Virus record (IMG/VR): IMGVR_UViG_3300035670_000247 | Coordinates: 1-57,882 of that record | Length of the DNA: 57,882 nt | Strand: one strand, 5' to 3' | From: a virus | Lineage: Duplodnaviria; Caudoviricetes | In this document: positions 46,245-54,673 of the stretch, one piece after another | Numbering within the stretch: position 1 is the stretch's first letter | Layout of the letters: each line of letters begins with the position of its first letter | Program-made: the position numbers and the translations under genes | The notes under the pieces: generated by a model | Database searches by the model: none | What the model saw: the letters and a program-made list of their open reading frames with translations, nothing else | What the model was told of the DNA's origin: nothing

Positions 46245-47032
46245 CGGACATAGTTCCTATAGACGAGCATCAAAAAATTACCGGCACCGAACGGAATGAA
46301 CTCGACCGCGCTGCCGACTTCCGTCAGCGTCACTGTTTCCGCGACTCCGTTGAACGTCGTGTCCGTCGCCGGGGTCACCGTCAGGGAGTTCGCCGCCGCG
46401 CCCTTCACAATGATCAGGTGCTGCGTCGCGTACTCGTCTGGATCCGGCGCCGTCAGCGCAACATTGCCGCTGCTGGTGTCGCCGATGACCGTCCGGTCGC
46501 CGCGATAGGCCGTCAGTTCCGTGTTCGCGTCGATTGTGTCGATGCTGCTGGTGATGTCCCGGCTCTCCGGCATTCGGTCGATGTTGCCGATGGGACCGCG
46601 CACGAACAGGTACTGCCCCGCGCTCCGCTGCGTCGTTGTCCCGGTGACCTCGAAATACAACACGCATTCCTGATTGGCCTGGAACGAGTCCGGGATGGCA
46701 TCGGCGGCCACGCCGAAGGTCAGCCGGTCGTAGCCCTCGCCCGTCGCGCTCTCGGTGACAGTGCCGGTGGACAGCAGCGTTGGTTCGTCGCCCATGTTGC
46801 GGAACGTCAGGTAGAGTTTGGCCGTTGCGCCTTCCATGTTCGACTTCACCCGGTCGGCGGCCACGTCGCTCCAGAAGTCGAAGCTGTCAACCTGCAGGAT
46901 GAATGAATCGCCCGCCCAGAGGTCGGGGAGGGTGGCGACATAGCCCGTCGCCAGGTCCGTGCCCGTGATCGTACCGAAAAAATGCCCCAGATTGAATGCG
47001 TGTTGCAGATAGAATGTCAGTTCTGTGTTCAT
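46241..47032 (-). CDS. Tail/baseplate-like structural protein; first late gene
   Basis: Beta-rich; directly downstream of a late promoter. Confidence 0.65.
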   Translation of the reverse strand: MNTELTFYLQHAFNLGHFFGTITGTDLATGYVATLPDLWAGDSFILQVDSFDFWSDVAADRVKSNMEGATAKLYLTFRNMGDEPTLLSTGTVTESATGEGYDRLTFGVAADAIPDSFQANQECVLYFEVTGTTTQRSAGQYLFVRGPIGNIDRMPESRDITSSIDTIDANTELTAYRGDRTVIGDTSSGNVALTAPDPDEYATQHLIIVKGAAANSLTVTPATDTTFNGVAETVTLTEVGSAVEFIPFGAGNFLMLVYRNYVR

Positions 47033-47037
47033 GCTGC

Positions 47038-47080
47038 ACAATATCGCAGCTCTGGCAGGGGTGCAGGGACATTTTTTTCA
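47038..47080 (-). promoter_or_regulatory. Late promoter: 17-bp box plus -10
   Basis: TGAAAAAAATGTCCCTG-N20-TATTGT. Confidence 0.8.
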
Positions 47081-47321
47081 GAGCGCATATCCGAGATCAA
47101 ATCGCCGTCGGGAAGATGGGCTATAGGCGTTGCCCCGGCGGCAGCGCAAAATAAATGCAACATAATGCAACATCGAAAGCCGGCGTTAACACACGTTGAC
47201 ACTCGTACACTCTCGTATCACTCCCCCCCCACTATGCTCAATGTCGGTGAACTGTTTCACCGATTTTGGCATTTTTTTTGATTTTTTATGATTTAGCCTC
47301 AAACTTTTTTTGAAAAACCGC

Positions 47322-47350
47322 TTGCAATACCTACGCTGTAGGGATATTGT
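47322..47350 (+). promoter_or_regulatory. sigma70 promoter with palindromic operator in the spacer
   Basis: TTGCAA-17-TATTGT; CCTAC-GCT-GTAGG palindrome; AT-rich upstream region. Confidence 0.7.
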
Positions 47351-47400
47351 ATAGACATGGACAGGAAAAACCGGGCAAACAAAAACAAAAACAAGGAGAA

Positions 47401-47913
47401 ATGAACATGACAACAAGAATTGAAGCTAACGCGGCCAGCCCAGACGAGTTGATCGCAGACCTGTTTGAGCAGCCGGCGGTATGCCCGGTCTGCGAACGGC
47501 AGGCAACGGCCTCCAGCGCCAACCATGTCCCGTTTTGGGTGGCGTGCAGCTGCGGCTGGGAAGGAGACCGCGAGCAGGCGATGACGGCGGCAGACCAGCG
47601 GATGCTCGCCCAACTGCGCGGCCGCCGCGAGGCCGAACGCCGCGAACTCGCCGCCAGGATCGAGGCCGACAGGCAGGCTGAGGCCGAGAATCAGCGGCGA
47701 CGCATGGAATTTCTGCGCAGGATCGAGGCCGACAGGCAGGCTGAGGCCGAGAATCAGCGGCGACGCATGGAATTTCTGCGCAGCCCCCAGGCCGACGCCC
47801 ACCTGGCCGCAGTCAACGCCGAAGCGGCGCGCATCAGCAGCCAGACGACCGCCCGTCGCCTGCGCCAGGCGGCCGATCGTCTGGCCGCGGAAATCGCCGC
47901 CGCCCGCGCTTGA
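47401..47913 (+). CDS. Zn-ribbon/coiled-coil hypothetical protein
   Basis: AAGGAG SD; CPVC..CSC. Confidence 0.65.
   Translation: MNMTTRIEANAASPDELIADLFEQPAVCPVCERQATASSANHVPFWVACSCGWEGDREQAMTAADQRMLAQLRGRREAERRELAARIEADRQAEAENQRRRMEFLRRIEADRQAEAENQRRRMEFLRSPQADAHLAAVNAEAARISSQTTARRLRQAADRLAAEIAAARA
47655..47783. repeat. Perfect 63-bp tandem duplication
   Basis: Units at 47655 and 47718 (RIEADRQAEAENQRRRMEFLR x2). Confidence 0.9.
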
Positions 47914-47967
47914 ACAGAACGGCGGGCGCGGTGTAAAAGTTGGCAAGACAAAAAAGGAGAAGGAAAA

Positions 47968-48300
47968 ATGGAAAACAAAACATGGTTTGTTGCCAATAAT
48001 GCCGGCGATCTTGCCGGTCACGACATGGAGCAGAAATCTGCCGAGAGCTGTGCCGCGAGAATGGCGGAGCAGGAGCCGGACGCCGGATGGGAGGCGTTGA
48101 GCGAAGATGATGACGAGGAGGATCATCGCCGCCAGGAACTGCGCGACCTGATTGCCGCGGCTGGGATGACCCAGGCCGCCGCCGCCGAATACATCGGCGT
48201 GTCTGAAAAAGCCCTCCAGCATTGGCTGGGAGGGCGCCGGGCAGTGCCGCAGTACGCCATCAATGCGCTAGGACATGTTACGCGCATGTCCAACACCTGA
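47968..48300 (+). CDS. Protein with C-terminal XRE HTH
   Basis: LIAAAGMTQAAAAEYIGVSEKALQHWLGGRR. Confidence 0.8.
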   Translation: MENKTWFVANNAGDLAGHDMEQKSAESCAARMAEQEPDAGWEALSEDDDEEDHRRQELRDLIAAAGMTQAAAAEYIGVSEKALQHWLGGRRAVPQYAINALGHVTRMSNT

Positions 48301-48364
48301 GAGAGAAAAGGCGTCACCTGCCTGTGAGTGGTGAGCGGCCCGGCAAGGCGTAGGAGATCGGAAC

Positions 48365-48811
48365 ATGACTAAGATCGAAGACGCGAAGAAAGTGACCGAG
48401 GCGGAACGGGCGGCAGCCGAGGCCGCGATTGCCGAGCGGCTGGGGCCGGATGCCCCAAAGCCCGCGAGCGGGGCGGCGGGCAACAGCCCGTACTCGCCGG
48501 AGACGGTGGTGTTTCTCGCCGTCGGGGCGAGCGAGCACGGGGCGCGGGTGGCGCTGGCAGCCGTGTGTCAGAGCCATGACGGTGCTGGCCACTACAAGGG
48601 CCGGGGCCGGTGGCGCACGGTGTGCGTGTGCGCTTTGAAAGCGGACGGCGACCTTGCCGTCTGCGCGGCGTCCGACAGGGACGCGGCGGAAGTCGGATCG
48701 TCCGGATTCTACGTGCGCCCGTGGGCGACCCACGAGGCGGAGCAGGCAAGCCGTGGGCTTGGACTGGCGCAGGACGCGATGGCGTCCGCGTTTGCGGCGT
48801 TGGGATTGTGA
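48365..48811 (+). CDS. Hypothetical protein
   Basis: AGGAG SD; part of the plus-strand operon. Confidence 0.65.
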   Translation: MTKIEDAKKVTEAERAAAEAAIAERLGPDAPKPASGAAGNSPYSPETVVFLAVGASEHGARVALAAVCQSHDGAGHYKGRGRWRTVCVCALKADGDLAVCAASDRDAAEVGSSGFYVRPWATHEAEQASRGLGLAQDAMASAFAALGL

Positions 48812-48830
48812 ACCAAAAGGAGATAGAGAC

Positions 48831-49238
48831 ATGAAAAAAGCAATCTGGTTTTCGCGCCACGCGCCGAGCGCGGCGCAGGTGGCGGAAGTGGCGGCGATGG
48901 GATTCGAGATCGCCGCGCAGGATGATGGCTTCCGGCTGGGGGCCATGAACCTGGCCGATGACGGCGACCTGAACGCCGTCCTGTCGGCGTTGCTGGGCCT
49001 GGCAGCCGAGCACGGGGCCGAGGCGTGCTTCGGCGTGTTCGCCGCGCCGGTGCAGGAGTGCCTGCACCGCACGGCCAATGACGCCGTGCAAGCCGGAGAG
49101 TGGGGCAAGCCGCTGACCTGTTACGCGGCGTGGAACGTCCATCGGTCCACGGACGGCGGAAAGCCGACGTTCGCGCACCGCCGGTTCTGCTGCGTTGGAG
49201 CGTTGACCGACGCGGCGTTGCGGTGGGTGCGGCGATGA
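48831..49238 (+). CDS. SRH-motif protein resembling Csx20/Csx16-type ring nucleases
   Basis: MKKAIWFSRH...Q and C-terminal R...G...FAHRRF; AAGGAG SD. Confidence 0.5.
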   Translation: MKKAIWFSRHAPSAAQVAEVAAMGFEIAAQDDGFRLGAMNLADDGDLNAVLSALLGLAAEHGAEACFGVFAAPVQECLHRTANDAVQAGEWGKPLTCYAAWNVHRSTDGGKPTFAHRRFCCVGALTDAALRWVRR

Positions 49239-49294
49239 GCCGCGCCGTCTGCCCGCAGTGCGGGCGCATCCACACGGTAGAACGCCAAACGAGA

Positions 49295-49512
49295 TGATGG
49301 AACATGATCGAGCCGAATGGCCTGGCGGGTGCATGTGCGGTTTCATCGTCTGGATGTCGGAACAGAAGCAGGCATTCTGGAAAGCGTGCCCCGCCGCGTT
49401 CCTGGATCGCCACACGATTCAGGACCAGGGCGCATGGACAGCGTTTCTCCAGTCTGTCGCTAGTCTGCAATCACTTGTTGGGTGTTCCGAAAACAAAGGA
49501 GAAAGACGATGA
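49295..49512 (+). CDS. Hypothetical protein
   Basis: WPGGCMCGFIVWMSE..IQDQGAWTAFL. Confidence 0.5.
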
Positions 49513-49676
49513 AATGCGAAGCTTGTAAGGGAACGGGCGAAGGCGGCAAGGGGAAGCCGTGCTTCGAGTGCGACGGCACCGGGAGCAAGTGCGACGTGTG
49601 CGGCGAGGCGTGCGACGCCGGGGCGGATCTGTGCGCCGAGTGCGAGCGCGAGGCGGAAGAGGATGGCAATGAGTAG
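49509..49676 (+). CDS. Small Cys-rich zinc-finger protein
   Basis: CEACKGTG..CFECDGTG..CDVC. Confidence 0.6.
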   Translation: MKCEACKGTGEGGKGKPCFECDGTGSKCDVCGEACDAGADLCAECEREAEEDGNE

Positions 49677-49718
49677 CGGCAGCCGTACCGCAATGTCGGA
49701 CAATATATTGCTTATTGT

Positions 49719-50523
49719 CTAGCCGATTAGATCTGCGGCAGGTGCCTTCGGACAGAACGCGGATACCATCTGCACCGCCAGATCATGTCCTGTCACTAAT
49801 TCCGAAGGGATTCTCGCAACCTCGTGGAACACCGTCTCTTCTGCAATCTTCAATTTTTCAATCTCCGCCTTAAACAGCTCCTGTCTTCGCATGGCCTCTC
49901 GCCTTACGAAAGCGTTGAGGGTGTTGCACAACGAGGCAGCCTCTTCCATTGTCAATTGGATATGCCCCTCTTCCTGCATCTGCTGAGGTACTGTGTCACA
50001 TATTTTCACAGAGTCGGTTGCCGTTATCCGCAAACATACTCCTCGATTATCCCCTCCCCAGAACTCCGTGGCTGTATGCGTTGTCATTTTTGTTTCGATC
50101 TCGGTGCTCATTGTTCTTGCTCCTTTGCTTTCTGTTGGCGGGTCATTGATAATAATGGTTTTCCCGCGTTTGTAAAGCTGCGGGACATATTCAGCAGGAA
50201 TATCCATATAGACAGAGATTTCTCTTGCATAATATTCCAGTGTCGCTTTGCTTAGCCTGTATGGTCTTTCGTCATCTGCATAGTGGCTGTGTGTCACGTA
50301 TTTAGTGTTTGACGGATTAGTTTTTTCTGTGTCTATAACAACCAAGAGGCCATGTTTATAAGCATAGCCTGTCAATCTGTCCTGCCATGCCGAATGTCCG
50401 GGTATCCATACCAGTTTCAAAGAACCGTGTACGGCAAGCACGTTTCGTTTGATGCCGTAGTCGATGCCTTTTTCTATTCGTGGCAATGTTTGCTGCTCAG
50501 TTATATGCAGTATCATGACCATT
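49719..50523 (-). CDS. Hypothetical (probably two in-frame modules; internal start near 50111)
   Basis: AAAGGAG SD before the internal MSTEIE. Confidence 0.5.
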
Positions 50524-51187
50524 TCTCCCTTTGTTGATTGTTGTGCATAAGTGTTGCTAAATGTTCCTTCGCCAGTTCCTTGCGGATGAGTGCCGTCCAC
50601 GTTGCGCGGATTTCGGCCTGTATCTCAGCGTCGATCTGCTCCCACTCCTGCCGGAGTCCGCGGCGGTCGGTGAAATCGTCCTCGATTACCTTCACGATCC
50701 ATTCTGCTGTGTCCATCGTCGTCTCCTTTTGTTGCGGAGCGCTAACAAGGCGACCGGACGTACAAAGAAAACCGCGCCTGTCAACTTGGCCGTTCGGCCA
50801 ATGATCTGTAACAGCTGTAAAGGTGCCGTCGTCCTCTTGTTCAACGCGAACCACATTGAGACTCGTTGATCCGTGAACGATTCCATCTGAACATTCGCAG
50901 CGAATATTGACACGAGGTAAACCCGAACAATCAGATTCAGTAGACTTCGTACCGCCGTCCTTTATTTCTGGGCTCGGCAAAGGAGGTAGCGGCATCTTCC
51001 TTGCGCCGGTGTACAGGCTGATTTGTATAGTCCAGCGCAGCCAGCCGATCGATATCCAAACACAACCGGGATAGCCCCAGCATCCTGGTTCACGGTCGCA
51101 TGCTAAATGTGGAAACACGTATATGCAACCTTTGAACCACCTTACGGAAAGACGGCGAATTAAATTATCCCATCTGTATGTTTTCAT
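50513..51187 (-). CDS. Hypothetical; in-frame chain of small modules separated by attC-like remnants (internal start 50716)
   Basis: AAGGAG SD before MDTAEW; attC-like elements at 50740 and 50922. Confidence 0.45.
   Translation of the reverse strand: MKTYRWDNLIRRLSVRWFKGCIYVFPHLACDREPGCWGYPGCVWISIGWLRWTIQISLYTGARKMPLPPLPSPEIKDGGTKSTESDCSGLPRVNIRCECSDGIVHGSTSLNVVRVEQEDDGTFTAVTDHWPNGQVDRRGFLCTSGRLVSAPQQKETTMDTAEWIVKVIEDDFTDRRGLRQEWEQIDAEIQAEIRATWTALIRKELAKEHLATLMHNNQQREKWS
50740..50798 (+). repeat. Degenerate attC-like site
   Basis: CGCTAAC...GTTCGGC, with the left L box apparently 4 nt short. Confidence 0.55.
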
Positions 51188-51209
51188 GATAATAATTCCA
51201 GTTAATTGC

Positions 51210-51911
51210 CTATTCACCAAGTATTCGTGCAAGATTGCTTTTCTTGCGGATTTCTATCCCTGCCGATTGCAGTGCGTCTATTAAGCTAATTACATCAGTA
51301 CGTGACGGTTCAGGCAGGTTGGTCTTCTTGCTGTCTGCGCCAATGTTTATCCATGTCGGATTTGCTGTCAAGATTAGTTTCATTAATCCATCAAGACTGA
51401 ATTGCATGATTGGCTCAATGGTAATGTATGTTTCGCATATCGACCGCCACCGTTGCAAGCCGTTTATTCGCTCTTGTGGTGTAGGCGCATAACTTAACAC
51501 TTTAGATAACAACGAATAATCCGTTTCAAGTGTTGTCCCAACCGTGAACAGTGGCGGCATTGTGCAACCTTCCAGGAAAAATAATCGTCCTGGGTCACGT
51601 GTCTGAAAAACATAATGATTATCTGGATATGCGTTGCAATGTGCCATAATCTGCCTAATCCAATCATCAGCTACGCCATCGCTGCACAAATCATTACAGT
51701 GTTCAATGAAAATTTTGCGACCCTTGCCGTAATTAATATGAAGTTCCTTCTCAATCAAGTGCGTTTCGCCCGAATACTTACCAGTGCGAAACCGCTTCTC
51801 CATTGCTTGGACATAGCAATAGCTACATTGATTGGCACATTGTCCTGCCAAATGCGCATGGGTATGTGTTACCCAGTCGTACATATTCCCTTTTGCTTTA
51901 GTCATTGCCAT
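51210..51911 (-). CDS. DUF5131/Gp37Gp68-like radical SAM protein
   Basis: CANQCSYC; TIEPI; WINIGADS. Confidence 0.8.
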   Translation of the reverse strand: MAMTKAKGNMYDWVTHTHAHLAGQCANQCSYCYVQAMEKRFRTGKYSGETHLIEKELHINYGKGRKIFIEHCNDLCSDGVADDWIRQIMAHCNAYPDNHYVFQTRDPGRLFFLEGCTMPPLFTVGTTLETDYSLLSKVLSYAPTPQERINGLQRWRSICETYITIEPIMQFSLDGLMKLILTANPTWINIGADSKKTNLPEPSRTDVISLIDALQSAGIEIRKKSNLARILGE

Positions 51912-52206
51912 TGTCTCTTACTCCTTTTTTGTTCAGTTCGGAAGCAGCAGAGTAGTCTTCCAATATCTCGCGCTCGTTAAGCCCTTGTAGCACGCCACGA
52001 TTGTCCAGCTGTCCGAAATACACAGACCATTTCTGCGTGTACGCACCAAAATGCAGCCCTACCCACACATTACGCGGCAGTAGCAGACTGCAAACGCCCT
52101 TTACAACAGCCAACCGCAAACGCATAACAAATCGGCCACGCCGCTTTGCCATCGTCATTGCTTTTTTCTCAATCCCGCCGCCGTAGTATTTGCCGATCAT
52201 GTTCAT
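51898..52206 (-). CDS. Hypothetical protein
   Basis: Co-oriented, overlapping small gene. Confidence 0.5.
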   Translation of the reverse strand: MNMIGKYYGGGIEKKAMTMAKRRGRFVMRLRLAVVKGVCSLLLPRNVWVGLHFGAYTQKWSVYFGQLDNRGVLQGLNEREILEDYSAASELNKKGVRDNGND

Positions 52207-52426
52207 TCTCCATGTTTGTTCCGCCTGTATGGCGGATTAATGTTACTGTTGCTGAATGTCTATGTTCGACGTATCCACAAACACACGACGCCCCATTTGC
52301 GCTCCTACGCCACGCCCGGCGGGGTTTCCTGCATCGCCCATCTTCGCGTTGATGCTCGCAACCGTCGCAGGCACGGCGAACAAGCCCATCGACGGGACGG
52401 CTCATAGCGCGGTTTCTCGTAGTCAT
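52169..52426 (-). CDS. Small Cys-rich hypothetical protein
   Basis: AAGGAG SD; N-terminus runs through an attC half-site. Confidence 0.5.
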   Translation of the reverse strand: MTTRNRAMSRPVDGLVRRACDGCEHQREDGRCRKPRRAWRRSANGASCVCGYVEHRHSATVTLIRHTGGTNMENEHDRQILRRRD

Positions 52427-52429
52427 GGC

Positions 52430-52488
52430 GTCTCCTTTTGTTGCGGAGCGCCAACAAGGCGACAGGGCGTACAGAGAAAACCGCGCCT
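52430..52488. repeat. 59-bp dispersed repeat (other copy at 50721-50779)
   Basis: GTCTCCTTTTGTTGCGGAGCGCYAACAAGGCGAC...AGAAAACCGCGCCT, 4 mismatches. Confidence 0.9.
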
Positions 52489-52593
52489 TTGTTTCGCCTT
52501 GCGTGGTTGTGGTATCTCTGGTCTTGCGTCTATGCTCATGGTTAGTTCTCCTTGTTTTGTTCTGCCTTTAAGGGCGGGTTAAAACAACTGTTG

Positions 52594-52851
52594 CTAAATG
52601 TCTATGTTGGCCTCTTGAGCCCTCAACGTCGCTTCGTCGATAAGCGCTTCCAGGAACTGCCAGTGAAACGGATGTCCGTTGGCTGGGCCAGCCCCGGCGT
52701 CAACATATCGACGTAGTCGCGTCAAGTCGCCAAGCACGTCGGTCGTGGCGTGCGGGATCATCAGTTCGACTGCCGCTTCGTATAATGCGTCCAGTCGGCG
52801 CACGACAAGCGGCACATCAATTTCGATTGTAGCTTTAGGCATAGTCGCCAT
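52594..52851 (-). CDS. Hypothetical protein
   Basis: GAGG SD; co-oriented. Confidence 0.55.
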   Translation of the reverse strand: MATMPKATIEIDVPLVVRRLDALYEAAVELMIPHATTDVLGDLTRLRRYVDAGAGPANGHPFHWQFLEALIDEATLRAQEANIDI

Positions 52852-52863
52852 GATTTTTGATCC

Positions 52864-53037
52864 TCACATTACGATTAGCCAAAACGCCAGAGCCGCCCCG
52901 GCTGCAAATAATGCTACGAGCGGTCCAAGCACAAACCAAACGGCACCTACGGACGTTGCCAGCATCACCGCGTACCCGGCCCGCCGTCGCCGTCTTTGCT
53001 GTTCTTCTTTGTCTCTTAGCCATTGCGGTTTTTGCAT
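52864..53037 (-). CDS. Small two-TM membrane protein
   Basis: Basic N-terminus followed by a hydrophobic hairpin. Confidence 0.55.
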   Translation of the reverse strand: MQKPQWLRDKEEQQRRRRRAGYAVMLATSVGAVWFVLGPLVALFAAGAALAFWLIVM

Positions 53038-53067
53038 CTCGTTTTCCTTCCGCCAGGCCAGCCCATC

Positions 53068-53126
53068 GGCCAACCAGGCGATGGAGACGGACGGGCTATC
53101 GCCCGCCGCTCATCTCGTTGTTCGCA
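53068..53126 (+). repeat. attC-like site
   Basis: GGCCAAC-CAGGC-GAT[G]GAG..CGGGC-TATC-GCCCG..CTCATC-TCGTT-GTTCGCA. Confidence 0.8.
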
Positions 53127-53407
53127 GAATCAATATGTGCAGTCTCTCCTGCTGTCACCGATATGCTACCGGTGGGTACGCGCCCATTGTTCCGGCCAGC
53201 GGCTACGGTCGCCGATCTCCACCAGTCCTCGAACATGCCTTCGACGCTTTCCACGTCAAAGCCGTCCGTCGGCCCGACGGTCTGTTGTGGATTCAACGCG
53301 ACCCATGCGGCAAGTGCACGAAACGGCACTTCCCCGAAGTTCAGCACGGTAGCGCCGGGCCACTTCTCCGCCATGTCGGCGGCGTCCTTGATCTCTTCCA
53401 ACGTCAC
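53096..53407 (-). CDS. Hypothetical cassette-like gene
   Basis: GGAGG plus GTG start; lies between two attC-like sites. Confidence 0.55.
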   Translation of the reverse strand: MTLEEIKDAADMAEKWPGATVLNFGEVPFRALAAWVALNPQQTVGPTDGFDVESVEGMFEDWWRSATVAAGRNNGRVPTGSISVTAGETAHIDSANNEMSGGR

Positions 53408-53685
53408 AGCGTACCTCCCTGCGAACAATCGGATGGAGAGGGACGCGGAATACCGCGCCCCTCATCCGTCGCGTTGGCGGCAGCAAACTCCCGCAGTCCT
53501 TCGCGCACAATCAACCACGGATCGCCGATGAACGCGGTCAGCGTCTCGACAGAAAACGCCGCAGTCTGTGCGATGTCCTGTCCGCCATGGCGGGCCATCA
53601 CGGTCACGCGGGCTTCTTTGCCTGCCACGCAGACTGCTATGGCGTCCGCGCCCAGGTCTTCCTTCAGTTTAAACAGGCATCTCAT
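53404..53685 (-). CDS. Hypothetical cassette-like gene
   Basis: Lies between attC-like sites; its C-terminus reads through the site. Confidence 0.55.
   Translation of the reverse strand: MRCLFKLKEDLGADAIAVCVAGKEARVTVMARHGGQDIAQTAAFSVETLTAFIGDPWLIVREGLREFAAANATDEGRGIPRPSPSDCSQGGTL
53420..53479 (+). repeat. attC-like site
   Basis: TGCGAAC-AATCG-GAT[G]GAG..CGCGG-AATA-CCGCG..CTCATC-CGTCGC-GTTGGCG. Confidence 0.85.
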
Positions 53686-54047
53686 CGTTGATCCTTTCCG
53701 CCAACCACGCCTCCGACCGTACCGGCGGAAGCCGCCGGCCGGTCAAGGCTGGCGTTCGGCTTCTTGCCGCGCCCGACAAACACGTAGTCTTCCGGCCCCA
53801 ACGTGCAGACGCAATGCGTCCCGCCGTCGCCGCAGGTGAACAGCTTTTGCGGCGCCCGCGCCTTTGGCTCCGGCCCCGGCCAGAACAGCGTGAACCACTC
53901 CATCCCCGGCGCAGTCCACGGGATTGTCGCCTCTGCCCGCTTCACCCGTTCTTCAAGTTCCGCGATCCGGCGTTGCGCCCACTTCGGAAGCCGAACCAGC
54001 GGGTCGAGCGTACCCGAAACCCGCGCTTGCGTTGTCTTCGATTTCAC
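53682..54047 (-). CDS. Hypothetical cassette-like gene
   Basis: LPKWAQRRIAELE motif; start codon lies inside an attC loop. Confidence 0.6.
   Translation of the reverse strand: MKSKTTQARVSGTLDPLVRLPKWAQRRIAELEERVKRAEATIPWTAPGMEWFTLFWPGPEPKARAPQKLFTCGDGGTHCVCTLGPEDYVFVGRGKKPNASLDRPAASAGTVGGVVGGKDQR
53699..53760 (+). repeat. attC-like site
   Basis: CGCCAAC-CACGC-CTC[C]GACC..CCGGCGG-AAG-CCGCCGG..GGTCAAG-GCTGGC-GTTCGGC. Confidence 0.85.
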
Positions 54048-54092
54048 GTGTCCTCCGAGCGGGTTTCGGGCCGCTCACCCGTAGCGTTGTGC
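53990..54092 (+). repeat. attC-like site (long, RBS in loop)
   Basis: GCCGAAC-CAGCG-GGT[C]GAGC..CCCGAAACCCGC/GCGGGTTTCGGG..GCTCACC-CGTAGC-GTTGTGC. Confidence 0.85.
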
Positions 54093-54673
54093 TTACTGCA
54101 TCTCCGCGCCAGTTCCACCAGCCAGGCGGCGAACGCCGGCGGCGTGGCCTCGCGCTCCTTGTGCGACACCCACGGCAACAGGCCCGCGCTGTTCGGCCTC
54201 TCGGCCTTCCGTGCGCGGCCGGGCCGGTCAACAACGTGCGTCGGCTTGCCGGCGCGGCGCGGCATGGCTGGAACGTCTCGCGTGCCGACCACGTACAGCA
54301 GCGTCCGCTTGCGCGCCTTGTGTTCCCAATGGAACTGGTCAACCTCCAGCGTCATGCCGCCCCATTCGTCTGGCAGTCCACCTGGGAGTGCGCAGCCGCA
54401 CTCCCGGAAGAGCGTGCTGCCCTTCGGGTGCTCCAGCACGCCGCCCCACTGGCGCACCTGGTCAATCGCCCACGGCCCCAAGGCGTGCTCGTGGGCAGGC
54501 GCGGCGGTCGCAAAGTGCTTGAGGCATCCCCATGTCCGACACGGCGGATGCGCCACCACCGGGCAACCGCCAGGCCACGTCCGGGCGTCGCGCTCGGCGT
54601 CGTAGCAGTCCACGCCGGGCAGCGTCTTGTAGATGCTGTCGGCACGGACAAAGAGCACAACAACAGGGTCCAC
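54044..54673 (-). CDS. C5-cytosine DNA methyltransferase-like protein
   Basis: VVAHPPC (motif IV), VLEHP (motif VI-like), Q..W.H.ARK.T (motif VIII-like). No canonical FxGxG. Confidence 0.65.
   Translation of the reverse strand: MDPVVVLFVRADSIYKTLPGVDCYDAERDARTWPGGCPVVAHPPCRTWGCLKHFATAAPAHEHALGPWAIDQVRQWGGVLEHPKGSTLFRECGCALPGGLPDEWGGMTLEVDQFHWEHKARKRTLLYVVGTRDVPAMPRRAGKPTHVVDRPGRARKAERPNSAGLLPWVSHKEREATPPAFAAWLVELARRCSKHNATGERPETRSEDT

Noticed and set aside
43623-47783. Diversity-generating retroelement suggested by repeats near fibre genes
   Set aside because: No reverse transcriptase, and the repeats are tandem without adenine-specific mismatches.
51140-51210. Additional attC site at the start of the 50513..51187 ORF
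   Set aside because: AAT instead of AAC and weak pairing in AT-rich DNA; could be chance.
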